Position numbers and translations under genes: made by a program
The notes under the pieces: model-generated
The model's database searches: none
What the model was told of the DNA's origin: nothing
The model's input: only the letters and a program-made list of their open reading frames with translations
Virus record (IMG/VR): IMGVR_UViG_3300023170_004399
Span: 205,599-269,598 of that record
Length of the DNA stretch: 64,000 nucleotides
DNA from: a virus
Lineage: Duplodnaviria; Caudoviricetes
Strand: one strand, 5' to 3'
Part shown: piece by piece, positions 10,149-19,854 of the stretch
How positions within the stretch are numbered: position 1 is the first letter of the stretch
How the letters are laid out: each line of letters starts with the position of its first letter

Positions 10149-11281
10149 TGAAAATAAAAAAAAGCAAACTAGATAAAGCCATTGAAAATTGGTTGTTCGA
10201 AGATAGTGTACCTAATAGAAGAAATAATGTTACTGACGATAAAGTTGCAGGAACATTAGGTGATGAAAGAGATTTGGTACAAATGCCAATTGACCCGACT
10301 CCGCATGTTCCTTTGATATCAAGAAAAAAATTGCCAATAGACGACAGTAAATGGGAACCAGTCAACCCAGAAGAGTTAGCATATGCTGTAAAAGAATTAG
10401 CTGATGCAATACCTGATGAAAAGGTAGTGGCTGCTTATCAAATTATTAAAAAAACTATTGAACAAATTATTGAAAGGGAAAACCTTAAGGTTTCTGACAT
10501 TGCTTTTGATAAAGATTATAAAGAAAGTAATAAACCAATTAAGAGTATCAAAAAAGAGAGTTTAATAAGAGAAGCTGGCGGAGATGATGACGATGAAGAA
10601 TTTTTGCCGGACATTGATGACATTATAGAGTTTGCATCATTTAACCCGAATACAGATTTATCACTAGTGCCAGGTTTTGATGAAGCAATTGAAAAAGCTA
10701 AAAAAGAATATACTCTCGAAGACTTAGTTAATTTAGGTGTATATACTGGCGTTAAAACTAGTGGCCATATGAGAAATAAAATTGAAACAGAAATTTTTCC
10801 AGTTTTAGCTGCTAGTCGTAATGCTGTAGTGTTAATCAATAAACTGATAAGCTTTGTTAAATATTCCAAGTGGGCGCATGACATGTTTTTAGAAACCGGG
10901 CTTTTATCTGGCGCCTTAACTCATGACAATATTAATGATTTAAGGACAACTATTCTCATGTCTTCTTTAGACACTAGGGATAAATTTGGTTTTAAAAAAT
11001 CACACAAAGATATTCCAACAAGCTCACCACTTATGAGCGCATGGGGCTTCGTCATATATGAGGTTATAACAAAGCCAGCCATGAAATATTTAAAAAAATT
11101 AGATTATGACCCTGCTAATATTAATAATCAAGTAACGGTTGAAAATGCAGAAGCTATTATTGAAAAAATACAAGACCGTTGGAATACAATGCCAGCTAAA
11201 GGTGCTGGCACAACAAAGTTATCTATCTCTAAAAAAGCTTGGCTCGAATGGGCAGATTTTCAAATGAAATTTGGTAAATAG
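10148..11281 (+). CDS. Hypothetical protein, putative head-associated
   Basis: NWLFE-D and SLIRE-A motifs. Confidence 0.6.
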   Translation: MKIKKSKLDKAIENWLFEDSVPNRRNNVTDDKVAGTLGDERDLVQMPIDPTPHVPLISRKKLPIDDSKWEPVNPEELAYAVKELADAIPDEKVVAAYQIIKKTIEQIIERENLKVSDIAFDKDYKESNKPIKSIKKESLIREAGGDDDDEEFLPDIDDIIEFASFNPNTDLSLVPGFDEAIEKAKKEYTLEDLVNLGVYTGVKTSGHMRNKIETEIFPVLAASRNAVVLINKLISFVKYSKWAHDMFLETGLLSGALTHDNINDLRTTILMSSLDTRDKFGFKKSHKDIPTSSPLMSAWGFVIYEVITKPAMKYLKKLDYDPANINNQVTVENAEAIIEKIQDRWNTMPAKGAGTTKLSISKKAWLEWADFQMKFGK

Positions 11282-11283
11282 TT

Positions 11284-11616
11284 ATGAAGTTAATGAGTGT
11301 AATGGAAAAATATTTTGATAACGTGATTGCTGAAAGTGCAACACCGATAAAACCAAAACCAAGTACAAAAAAATGGATGCGTAAAGAAGATCCAAATCGA
11401 TTAGTACGCACATTCAATATAGAAGACAATAAAAAATATAATAAATTTCTTTACGCTGTTTTAGAACATCAGAGAAGTGTCAATCACCACGCAAAGATAT
11501 TAGCAGAATACCCTAATATTACAGTGGAGATATGGTCACACACAATAGAAGATATTACTGAGATGGATTTAGATTGGGCTCGAGATGTTTCGGCCTTATA
11601 CAAGAGAGAAAAATGA
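11284..11616 (+). CDS. Pterin-4-alpha-carbinolamine dehydratase-like protein with leader
   Basis: W..LVRTF...NHHAKI..YPNITVEIWSH..ITEMD..A pattern; leader ending VIAE. Confidence 0.75.
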   Translation: MKLMSVMEKYFDNVIAESATPIKPKPSTKKWMRKEDPNRLVRTFNIEDNKKYNKFLYAVLEHQRSVNHHAKILAEYPNITVEIWSHTIEDITEMDLDWARDVSALYKREK

Positions 11617-11957
11617 GTATCTATTATAGTGATGAGTTAGAAGGTAAAATTGATAAGTCACAGTTTGAGCGTGAGTTTAGACAAAATACATTGTATATGG
11701 TAAAGCCATTTAAACTGCAAGTCACTGAATTTAGTAAAAAACAGAGCGGCACGTATGTAAAAGTGTACATGAAAGACATTTATGACGAAGTTGTTGAATA
11801 TATATTGTTAGGTGGATTTGCAAATGATGAAACTGTTTTAGAGTTTGAGTATAATGGAAAACCAATAAGCTTTATTAATAAAGTAAATTTTTATGAATAC
11901 AGTTTTGCACATAAAGACTGGATGGTAATTGGTGAAGAAGTTAGGAGAAAAAAATGA
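11613..11957 (+). CDS. Hypothetical protein
   Basis: ATGA overlap with upstream gene. Confidence 0.55.
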   Translation: MSIYYSDELEGKIDKSQFEREFRQNTLYMVKPFKLQVTEFSKKQSGTYVKVYMKDIYDEVVEYILLGGFANDETVLEFEYNGKPISFINKVNFYEYSFAHKDWMVIGEEVRRKK

Positions 11958-12619
11958 ATCTAGACGATATTATAAAAAAAGCTACTATTAATAGCCTTAA
12001 AGAAAGTGGTCTTATAACAGAAGACCGTGAACAAGAAGAGAAAAGAGAGTTGCTACGTCAGCAAGCAGCCGCGGATGCATTTGAAAAAGGCGGATACAAA
12101 GCACCGACAAAAAAGGATAAAGAAAAAGATAAAACTTTACAAGATAAAAAAGGTGATGACGCTGATGAGGCAGAAGACGATGCTGGCTTAAAACCAAAAG
12201 AGCCAAAAAGTGAAAAACTGCCTTCAATAACTGTTAGAAAGGTAATAGATAAAATCGATGATATAAGAGCCGGTTATAGTTTACATACAAAAAAAGGCGT
12301 TAAAGACCTTACATTGTATTTCAATCGATTGAGCAAAAATGAACAAATAGCACTGTATGCCTTTCTTACGGGAATAGAACAAGTGATGGATTCAGAAACA
12401 GAAATTGATGGCCCGACAGCTGACATACCAACAAAAGATCCTTATGCTATTCAGATGAAAAGAAACAAGGTTATAAAAGCAAAAAAGAAAAAAGCTGCTA
12501 GTAAAAAATCAAAGCCGGGAAGTGCGGAAAGTCCTATCGTTGTAGGAGAAGCTGCAGATAAATCAACTATTAAACGTAGATTATTACAGATTAATCGGAA
12601 AAACAAAAAACGAGTATAA
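11954..12619 (+). CDS. Hypothetical protein, putative head-associated
   Basis: SLKESGLITE-D leader; GGAG RBS. Confidence 0.6.
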   Translation: MNLDDIIKKATINSLKESGLITEDREQEEKRELLRQQAAADAFEKGGYKAPTKKDKEKDKTLQDKKGDDADEAEDDAGLKPKEPKSEKLPSITVRKVIDKIDDIRAGYSLHTKKGVKDLTLYFNRLSKNEQIALYAFLTGIEQVMDSETEIDGPTADIPTKDPYAIQMKRNKVIKAKKKKAASKKSKPGSAESPIVVGEAADKSTIKRRLLQINRKNKKRV

Positions 12620-12647
12620 TTAATATTATATATTTTAGGAGACAATA

Positions 12648-13301
12648 ATGCGTTGGTCAGCAAAGAAACTTAAGAATTTCATACTTAAAGAGGTAAGATT
12701 ACTTGAAAAACATGCACACGGTCACGATCCAATGAAAAGCATGGGAATGAGTGGTGTATCAGATTATGATGATTACTACGATGATGAAGATTTAGGAATG
12801 ATGGATGTACATATCCATAGACATCATGATGATGAAGAAGAAATGCATCCTTATGATATAGCTGATCAAATGCACGATGAAGATCACAGTCATGACATGC
12901 CTCATGGTGCAATGCCAGATTATCACAATCCAATGGACGATATGCATGATGAGCACATGGGGGCTGAGCATGATGATTATGATGATTATCACGATCACGG
13001 ATTAGAAATGGACGATGAAGATATGGATTTGGGCCCAGCATCCGGATTTAGCCCTAACTCATATGAAGATGATTATCCTGGTGTGAAAGATTTGCATTTA
13101 TATGAAGCAGATGAAGATGTAGATGAAGATGAGCTTAATGAATATGATGAGTTAGAAGAAGACGACGAAATTGATGAAGGTGGGTGTGGATCTTCTCGAG
13201 GCGGAATGTACGGAGAAGGTGACGAAGACGAAGACGAAGGTGAAAAACTGGAAGAAGGTCTTCGAAGATGGCAAAAATTAGCTGGTCTTTTAAGAGGGTA
13301 A
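12648..13301 (+). CDS. His/Asp/Met/Glu-rich low-complexity protein
   Basis: ILKEVRLLE leader, H/D/M-rich core, C-terminal EGLRRWQKLAGL; GGAG RBS. Confidence 0.7.
   Translation: MRWSAKKLKNFILKEVRLLEKHAHGHDPMKSMGMSGVSDYDDYYDDEDLGMMDVHIHRHHDDEEEMHPYDIADQMHDEDHSHDMPHGAMPDYHNPMDDMHDEHMGAEHDDYDDYHDHGLEMDDEDMDLGPASGFSPNSYEDDYPGVKDLHLYEADEDVDEDELNEYDELEEDDEIDEGGCGSSRGGMYGEGDEDEDEGEKLEEGLRRWQKLAGLLRG
13265..13286 (+). repeat. 22-nt repeat encoding RWQKLAG, copy 2
   Basis: Identical to 6651-6672. Confidence 0.85.
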
Positions 13302-13304
13302 CAC

Positions 13305-14132
13305 GTGGATCATGAAGTTGAACTAGCTGTTCGAACATTACAGCAAAACAGTACTGATGTGCAAGCTGCAGCTAATTTTAAAAGAAGTCTAGATGATTAT
13401 ATTGACGATATTATAGAAGGCTTGGCACCTAAACTGGTTGATCATGTTAGAGAACAAGAAGTCGATGAAGATGTTGATGAGTTTTTTGATGGTGTAAAGC
13501 AAGCAGGTCTAGATAACTTTCGTGCTTATCAACAAAGTCAAGATATCGGTACATTTGAGTCATTGCTACAACAATATAAACGTACTGAGACAGACGATTT
13601 TATAGAAGGCTATGAGTATGGATGGAAAAATGGTGTCGATATACGTACATATAATAGCATCGATGAATTACCTATAGAATTGAAAGACGAATTAGTTTCA
13701 GTAGCTATCGATACTTTTGATGATAGACTTACAGAAGAATCTATAATCGCTGCAATGCAAGAAGCATGGCATCACTTAAACCCAATGAATATCTTACGAG
13801 CTCTAGGCACAGCTTTTAAAGAAGGTGACTGGAAATTGTTTCTTAAGTTAGCACTCTTTGAATTGTTTGAACATTATGTTTTGCCTACTGTTTTAGTGTC
13901 TCTGACTGGCAACCCTGCTTTTATGGCATTAGCAGCAATACCAATTGGTGAAGTTTTAATACCAATTTATTTAGCCATAGTTGGTGGAAAAGACAAAGGG
14001 CCCGACATCCCAGGTCATTATGATCAATATAAAGAACGAAAAGCTGCAGCTGCTAAAATACCGGAAGGCCGAGTCTATAAATTAAATGAAGCGCAAACTA
14101 GACTTTTTGTACAATCAGTTCTAAACGGATAA
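13305..14132 (+). CDS. Hypothetical protein with C-terminal hydrophobic hairpin
   Basis: LFLKLALF...VLPTVLVSLTGNPAFMALAAIPIGEVLIPIYLAIVGG. Confidence 0.6.
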   Translation: MDHEVELAVRTLQQNSTDVQAAANFKRSLDDYIDDIIEGLAPKLVDHVREQEVDEDVDEFFDGVKQAGLDNFRAYQQSQDIGTFESLLQQYKRTETDDFIEGYEYGWKNGVDIRTYNSIDELPIELKDELVSVAIDTFDDRLTEESIIAAMQEAWHHLNPMNILRALGTAFKEGDWKLFLKLALFELFEHYVLPTVLVSLTGNPAFMALAAIPIGEVLIPIYLAIVGGKDKGPDIPGHYDQYKERKAAAAKIPEGRVYKLNEAQTRLFVQSVLNG

Positions 14133-14159
14133 TATATTTATTACTAAAGAGGTAATAAT

Positions 14160-15497
14160 ATGCGTAATAAGAAGTTATTGTTAGAAGGGTCGATGGATAA
14201 TTTAATTTCTGGTAATTTTGGTGCCAGTTCACCGGCCGGTCAAGCATTAAGAAATTTTAACACAGTTTTCATTGGTGTAACTCGTAAATTGTTAAGAGCA
14301 ACAATCATGTCGATCGATGTTGCTTTATTTACATGGTTTCCAACATCATACAAAGATGTTTTAAGAGATTATAAAAACGATATTAATGGTATTGAGAATA
14401 GTTACTCAGCTGCTTTGTCACAACTAACAGAAAACTTGCCAGTAGCGCAAAAAAGTATGTTGTTGTTAAACCCTGCAGCTTATTTTTTATATCATGGTAC
14501 TGAAATTTCCCAAACAGTGTTCGATAGTAATTCAAGCTTATATAATTTAATGCAACAAACTGGGTTTGACAAACTACCTGGGATTGGTTGGGCTTTTAGA
14601 GATCAATCGACACACGTAGTTGACCCTGAAAGATTATCCGAATATATTGATAATGGTCAAAATGGACTGGCATTAGCATATTTGTTTGGTAATCAAAACG
14701 TTTTAGATGCATTGCAGGGTCAAAAACAGGGTGGCGGTTCCGATGGTTCCTTTATGTCAAAACTTTTTGGCAAAATAAATGATATATTTACTGGTAAGGC
14801 TGTCGTCGATTTATTTAGAGAAAGTAAAACAATTAATAGAAAAGTTATTTTAGAAAACAAAAAAGACAAAGATCTTGTAAAACTATATGCAATATTGCTT
14901 AAGAGGCTTTCTAAAATAGCAATCAAAAATAAGATAAGTTTGATCGATGAAAAGCAGCAAGAAAAAGTTTTAAAAATACACGCAGCTGCATGTAAAAACG
15001 CAACGAAGCAATTGACAGAAAGAATGAAAGCATTAAATATATTGTTGGCTCTTGAAGATAAATCAAAAGAACCCAAAGAATATTATGCTGCGTTAGCAGA
15101 GTATAAAAGAATTGTAAATGACAAGAAATTAAGTCTCAGCAAAATTAAATCTGACATTAAAAGTGAAATGCCTAACATGTTACGTGACAAGAAAATATTG
15201 CAAGATTACAAAAAGACTAGTAAACGTGGTTCAATTGATAAAAAAGCTTTCCAGCAATATTGTGAATTAAGAATATTAAATAGTATAATTAATCAGATAA
15301 AGGTAACAGCTTATTCTGCCGGCGAAGAATTTTATCAAAAAGTTGAAAAAGATCTTTTGTTTGGGATGACAGCAAAGCAGCTGGTTTCGGGTCCGCAATC
15401 AAATGAATACACTAAAAAAGTATATAAGCAGTATGAAGACACCATTAAAAACGTGGCACGTGCCACGCGTGGCACAATTGGTAAAAAAAATAAATAA
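14160..15497 (+). CDS. Hypothetical protein, putative head-associated
   Basis: KKLLLE-G leader, internal VILE-N; GAGGT RBS. Confidence 0.6.
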   Translation: MRNKKLLLEGSMDNLISGNFGASSPAGQALRNFNTVFIGVTRKLLRATIMSIDVALFTWFPTSYKDVLRDYKNDINGIENSYSAALSQLTENLPVAQKSMLLLNPAAYFLYHGTEISQTVFDSNSSLYNLMQQTGFDKLPGIGWAFRDQSTHVVDPERLSEYIDNGQNGLALAYLFGNQNVLDALQGQKQGGGSDGSFMSKLFGKINDIFTGKAVVDLFRESKTINRKVILENKKDKDLVKLYAILLKRLSKIAIKNKISLIDEKQQEKVLKIHAAACKNATKQLTERMKALNILLALEDKSKEPKEYYAALAEYKRIVNDKKLSLSKIKSDIKSEMPNMLRDKKILQDYKKTSKRGSIDKKAFQQYCELRILNSIINQIKVTAYSAGEEFYQKVEKDLLFGMTAKQLVSGPQSNEYTKKVYKQYEDTIKNVARATRGTIGKKNK

Positions 15498-15545
15498 ACA
15501 ACTGCAGCTAGTTTAGTATTATTATTTTTTATTTGGAGAAATAAT

Positions 15546-15908
15546 ATGTCAAATCAAAATCCTAGAAAGTGGCTGCCAGAAATTGTTTATGAAGAGTATG
15601 AAGGTGGATTAGCTGGACAAGCAATGCCGTTTATTCAGATCCCGGAAGGGAAAGAAATGCCTGATATGCTTTTTATTTTTGGTACCAAGCCAACAGGCGA
15701 ATTTGAACCTGATGCTGAAGGTAATGAACAGCCTATTATGGAGATGGAGCCATACAGCTTTGCAAACATGAAATATCTTGAAGATGAGTTAGACGAACAA
15801 ACTTTTGATAAGATCAGAGTTGTAATGGGATTGTTACCTCTCAGGGAAGCTAGGGAAAAAGGTAGACAATTGTCAAAAGACATGGTTGAAAAAAACTTAA
15901 AAAAATAA
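15546..15908 (+). CDS. Hypothetical protein
   Basis: GGAG RBS, clean ORF. Confidence 0.6.
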   Translation: MSNQNPRKWLPEIVYEEYEGGLAGQAMPFIQIPEGKEMPDMLFIFGTKPTGEFEPDAEGNEQPIMEMEPYSFANMKYLEDELDEQTFDKIRVVMGLLPLREAREKGRQLSKDMVEKNLKK

Positions 15909-15959
15909 TTAGAAACCTTTGACTACACACGTATAATATTATACTTTTCGGAGGTTATT

Positions 15960-16751
15960 ATGAACGAACAAAACTACTTAATTGAAAGAACTGATGTGGA
16001 AAACGCGCTAAAACATATGACGGAATTTTACAAAGATCTGTCTATTCTTCACGCAAAGTATGATATTGATTTAGAAGCTAATAGAGGTAGAAGAAATATT
16101 CTAATGTCCTCTGTTATGGAAAAGTTTCTATCAACTGAGCTTAACGAAAGACATGTATCTGCTGAAGCTGATGGCGCAACCGGGAAAGCAGACATTATTG
16201 TTGAAATTTCTGATGGCAAATTTGAAGAACTAGAATGTAAGTTAACTAGTCCGCACAAAAATGGTACAACAATTGCATTTCAAACAGATCATGACACTTT
16301 GCTTCAAAAAGGTTCTTTAGATTATATATACATAATCGCTAATGAAACGTTTGATGGATTTGTTGGCATACATTTTGTTGGCCTTACAGTTGACGATTTT
16401 AGACCGGTGTCTCCGGGTGCTCGTGGCAAAGCTCAAATGTACAAGCATCGAGGTATGAAAAAGGCTCGTGTTTTATTTGGGAATGCTGTTAAATTAAATG
16501 AAAAACATATAATGAAAATTAGGAAAGAAATAGTTGTATCAAAACTAAAATCAGAATACAATATATGTATGTGGAAAAAAGATTTAAAATCTGCTGACCC
16601 TTCTACAAGAAAATACCAACTTTTAATAGAAAAGATTGATAGAAGTAGAAGCAATCATGAATCATATGAAAACAGAAGACTTAACAAAATAGAAGAAATA
16701 TCATCACGAAATGAAAGATATTCATTCGAATATGAAAAATTAGAGGATTAA
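15960..16751 (+). CDS. PD-(D/E)xK (restriction endonuclease-like) nuclease
   Basis: MEKF helix, GKADIIV, ELECKLT; GGAGG RBS. Confidence 0.55.
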   Translation: MNEQNYLIERTDVENALKHMTEFYKDLSILHAKYDIDLEANRGRRNILMSSVMEKFLSTELNERHVSAEADGATGKADIIVEISDGKFEELECKLTSPHKNGTTIAFQTDHDTLLQKGSLDYIYIIANETFDGFVGIHFVGLTVDDFRPVSPGARGKAQMYKHRGMKKARVLFGNAVKLNEKHIMKIRKEIVVSKLKSEYNICMWKKDLKSADPSTRKYQLLIEKIDRSRSNHESYENRRLNKIEEISSRNERYSFEYEKLED

Positions 16752-16754
16752 AAA

Positions 16755-16955
16755 ATGAAATTACATCACACTACTATCGAAAAACTTATTAAACTATTTG
16801 AAATCAACGGCGGCTGGAAAGAACAGTGGAAGCTTAAAAAAGCATTGTCTGAATTAGATCTATCAGTTTATAAACAACAGTCTGGTCAAGAAATTATTGT
16901 TACTACTGAAGATTTGCAAAGAGAAGCGCGTGGGTCACAAACTGAGGCAGGGTAA
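16755..16955 (+). CDS. Hypothetical protein
   Basis: GAGG RBS, in gene run. Confidence 0.5.
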   Translation: MKLHHTTIEKLIKLFEINGGWKEQWKLKKALSELDLSVYKQQSGQEIIVTTEDLQREARGSQTEAG

Positions 16956-16957
16956 TA

Positions 16958-17377
16958 ATGGAATATAATGTTGGTGACATACTTTGGATTGTTACTAATG
17001 AGAGACCGGGTTTAATCGTTGGCCAAATTTCCGAAGAGATTGTTAAAAAAACACTTAAAGGTGAAAACAAAATCTATACAATTGATTTGGCCAGGGGTTC
17101 TAAAACTGTTAAAGTCAATCTTAGTAAAATTGCTGGTGACATATTTGCATCGGAAGATGAAGCTAAGTCAGCAATGCTAAAAGATGCAGAGGAAGCAATC
17201 AACGAATTGATTAATTATAATAATGAAAGTATCAAAAAACATTTTAATATCAATGAAGTTGCAGCAGCTGTTAAAATAGACAATAATCCAGATTATGAAT
17301 ATATTGAATTAGAAAATGGACAAAAAGCTAAGGTGAAAATACCAAAGGAGTTGAAAAATGCCCGAAAGAATAATTGA
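16958..17377 (+). CDS. Hypothetical protein with N-terminal SH3/KOW-like domain
   Basis: YNVGDILWIV...GQI pattern. Confidence 0.55.
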   Translation: MEYNVGDILWIVTNERPGLIVGQISEEIVKKTLKGENKIYTIDLARGSKTVKVNLSKIAGDIFASEDEAKSAMLKDAEEAINELINYNNESIKKHFNINEVAAAVKIDNNPDYEYIELENGQKAKVKIPKELKNARKNN

Positions 17378-17552
17378 AGGTGCACAACTAGAAAAACTAA
17401 GAACTGATGGCATTATTTCAGATAATGAAATTGCAATTCAGGAAGGTGATATTGTACTAGCAAAAAATGTGGTTAATCAGTCACGTCGTATTATTGGCAA
17501 AGTGTCTGAAATATTAACTGAAAGTAATAAGAAAAGAATTTTGAGGGACTAA
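17358..17552 (+). CDS. Small hypothetical protein coupled to groEL
   Basis: GGAG RBS; TAATG overlap with groEL. Confidence 0.55.
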   Translation: MPERIIEGAQLEKLRTDGIISDNEIAIQEGDIVLAKNVVNQSRRIIGKVSEILTESNKKRILRD

Positions 17553-19186
17553 TGTTTGAATCAACAACAAAAGATTTAGTATTTAACGATGAAGCAAGAA
17601 CTAAGTTGCTTGGTGGTGTTACTAAATTAGCTGACGCTGTAAGGGTTACTATGGGACCTGGTGGTCTTAATGTAGTAATAGAACAAGGTGAAAACTTATT
17701 GCCTGTTTTGACTAAAGATGGCGTCACAGTCGCTAAAGCTGTCAACCTTAAAGACAAAATAGAAAATATTGGTGTGCAACTAGTTAAAGAAGCTGCGTCT
17801 GGTGCTGCTGAAATAGCTGGTGATGGAACAACTACTGCTACTGTGTTAGCTCATTCTATATTTGATTTAGGGCTACGTAGCGTTAACTCTGGTTACAATC
17901 CAGTGAAGTTACGTAAAGGTATCAAGGCAGCTGCGCAAGATGTTGTTGAGATTATAAAAAAACAGAGTTTCCCAGTGTCGTCGAATGAGGACATAATTTC
18001 AGTTGGTACAATATCAGCTAATGGGGAAAGAGAAATCGGTGAATTACTGTGTCAGGCAATGGATGCTGTTGGTTTAGATGGCGTCATAACTGTTGAAGAG
18101 GCTAAAGGTTTTAAAACTAGTCTTACACAAGTTGAAGGTACAAGAATTGATCGAGGGTATCTTTCCCCATATTTTATTAATGATGAAGCAAGAAATGTTT
18201 GCAAACTTGACAAACCTTTAGTTTTGCTTACAAATAAAAAAATATCATCATTGAAAGAAATATTAGGATTATTAGAAAAAATTCACGCATCTCAAAGATC
18301 TTTATTGATAATTGCAGATGACGTAGATGGAGATGCCTTAAATGGTTTAGTTTTAAACAGTGCTAAAGGTATACTAAAAAACTGTTGCATCAGGGCACCA
18401 GAATTTGGTGTTGCTCGCATTAATGCCATGGAAGATTTAGCTTTTCTGTTAGGTACAGAAGTTATATCAGCTGCAGATGAGACTAGTTTAAATACAATAG
18501 ATACTAGTTTTTTAGGTACATGTGAAAAAATAGTTATTTCACGTAACGAAACTTTAATAGTTGGTACCAAAGTTAGTAAAAAAGATATTAAAAAACGTTG
18601 CGACAATATTAGAGAATCATTAATCGTACCCGGGTTAAGTGAAAATGATACAGCGACAATAAGAAGAAGATTAGCTAGATTATCTTCGGGTGTTGCCATA
18701 CTTAGAGTAGGTGGTGCAACTGAAGCCGAGCTTAGAGAACGTAAGGATCGAGTGGAAGATGCATTGCATGCGACACGTGTTGCAGCTATGTCTGGTATAT
18801 CGCTAGGTGGAGGAACATCATTGTTAAGAGCCGCAAATGAATTACAAACTGACAGTCAAGATTTAAGTTTTATGGCTGGTTATAATTTGTGTCTTAAAGC
18901 ATGCCAGGCTCCATTACGACAAATTGTTACTAATTCAGGCGGTGTACCGGAATTAATAATAGGTAAATTACTCGAAATGGATAATAAGTTAGGTTATGAT
19001 GCAAGAAATCAAAAGTTTGTTGACTTGTTAGAGAGTGGTATAATCGATCCTACATTAGTAATCGTTTCTAGTCTTGAGCATGCTGTGTCTGCTGCTGATA
19101 ATCTTTTATCAGTCTCTTGCGCAATGTACAATGTTAGTGATGATGAAGAGCCGGAGTTGCAACATTATGAACGTCAAAAAATATAA
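17552..19186 (+). CDS. groEL: Chaperonin GroEL (phage-encoded)
   Basis: [59 protein letters not shown]. Confidence 0.96.
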   Translation: MFESTTKDLVFNDEARTKLLGGVTKLADAVRVTMGPGGLNVVIEQGENLLPVLTKDGVTVAKAVNLKDKIENIGVQLVKEAASGAAEIAGDGTTTATVLAHSIFDLGLRSVNSGYNPVKLRKGIKAAAQDVVEIIKKQSFPVSSNEDIISVGTISANGEREIGELLCQAMDAVGLDGVITVEEAKGFKTSLTQVEGTRIDRGYLSPYFINDEARNVCKLDKPLVLLTNKKISSLKEILGLLEKIHASQRSLLIIADDVDGDALNGLVLNSAKGILKNCCIRAPEFGVARINAMEDLAFLLGTEVISAADETSLNTIDTSFLGTCEKIVISRNETLIVGTKVSKKDIKKRCDNIRESLIVPGLSENDTATIRRRLARLSSGVAILRVGGATEAELRERKDRVEDALHATRVAAMSGISLGGGTSLLRAANELQTDSQDLSFMAGYNLCLKACQAPLRQIVTNSGGVPELIIGKLLEMDNKLGYDARNQKFVDLLESGIIDPTLVIVSSLEHAVSAADNLLSVSCAMYNVSDDEEPELQHYERQKI

Positions 19187-19370
19187 AGACATTGATTATT
19201 CAGTTATGTCTTCAAAAGCAATTAAAACATTAAAAAGCCACATTAAAAGAATGATAAAAGTATATAACATAACTGGAGATGATCTCCGTATGTTAGAAGA
19301 GGAAGTCGCTTGGATGTCATTTGAGATACAGTCTCGAGATATTTTTCCAGAAGACGAAATTAAATTTTAA
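19167..19370 (+). CDS. Hypothetical protein
   Basis: GGAG upstream; overlaps groEL end. Confidence 0.45.
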   Translation: MNVKKYKDIDYSVMSSKAIKTLKSHIKRMIKVYNITGDDLRMLEEEVAWMSFEIQSRDIFPEDEIKF

Positions 19371-19458
19371 AAAGGACAATAATTGTCCACATAGAAAAAT
19401 AAAACTTCTCATAACCGGTTATAATAGATCTATAACTACTAACTTACTCGGAGGTTAT

Positions 19459-19755
19459 ATGTCTAGAAGTAATTCTTGTGCACATATTCTTAAAATTAAC
19501 GATCTTCCTCAGACCGTGTTTAACACTAAGACATTTGTTAATGGTTCTTGTTGGCTTAATAATTGTCCTATTAGTTTTGATGTTAATCAAACTGTTGAGT
19601 TATATATACATACTGCAGTTGATAACACTGTTTACAAAGTCGATGCTGTTGTAACTCGAGCAAAGCCACGTGGCATCATCGAAAACTATAAGCTTAGATT
19701 AGTTGACACCAAAAAAATTGGTGATTTTGCTGACTTTGAATGGATTTGGAAATAA
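19459..19755 (+). CDS. Hypothetical beta-barrel protein (weakly PilZ-like)
   Basis: GGAGGT RBS; VNQTVELYI..YKVDAVVTR..YKL pattern, no RxxxR. Confidence 0.45.
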   Translation: MSRSNSCAHILKINDLPQTVFNTKTFVNGSCWLNNCPISFDVNQTVELYIHTAVDNTVYKVDAVVTRAKPRGIIENYKLRLVDTKKIGDFADFEWIWK

Positions 19756-19853
19756 TGATTTTATTATTATACATCGCGCTATGTTTATACATGGCTTATG
19801 ATATCGCAACTTTAATTGAAAAAAATAAAAAAAATAACAACAAAAGGAGATAA
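19755..19853 (+). CDS. 32-aa single-pass membrane microprotein (not in ORF track)
   Basis: MILLLYIALCLYMAYDIATLIEKNKKNNNKRR; TAATG overlap upstream, ends 1 nt before next start. Confidence 0.5.
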   Translation: MILLLYIALCLYMAYDIATLIEKNKKNNNKRR

Positions 19854-19854
19854 C

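Noticed and set aside
17358-17552. 64-aa gene upstream of groEL as a GroES
   Set aside because: Too short and lacks the PLxDRV, mobile-loop GGI and GxxVxxGD motifs.
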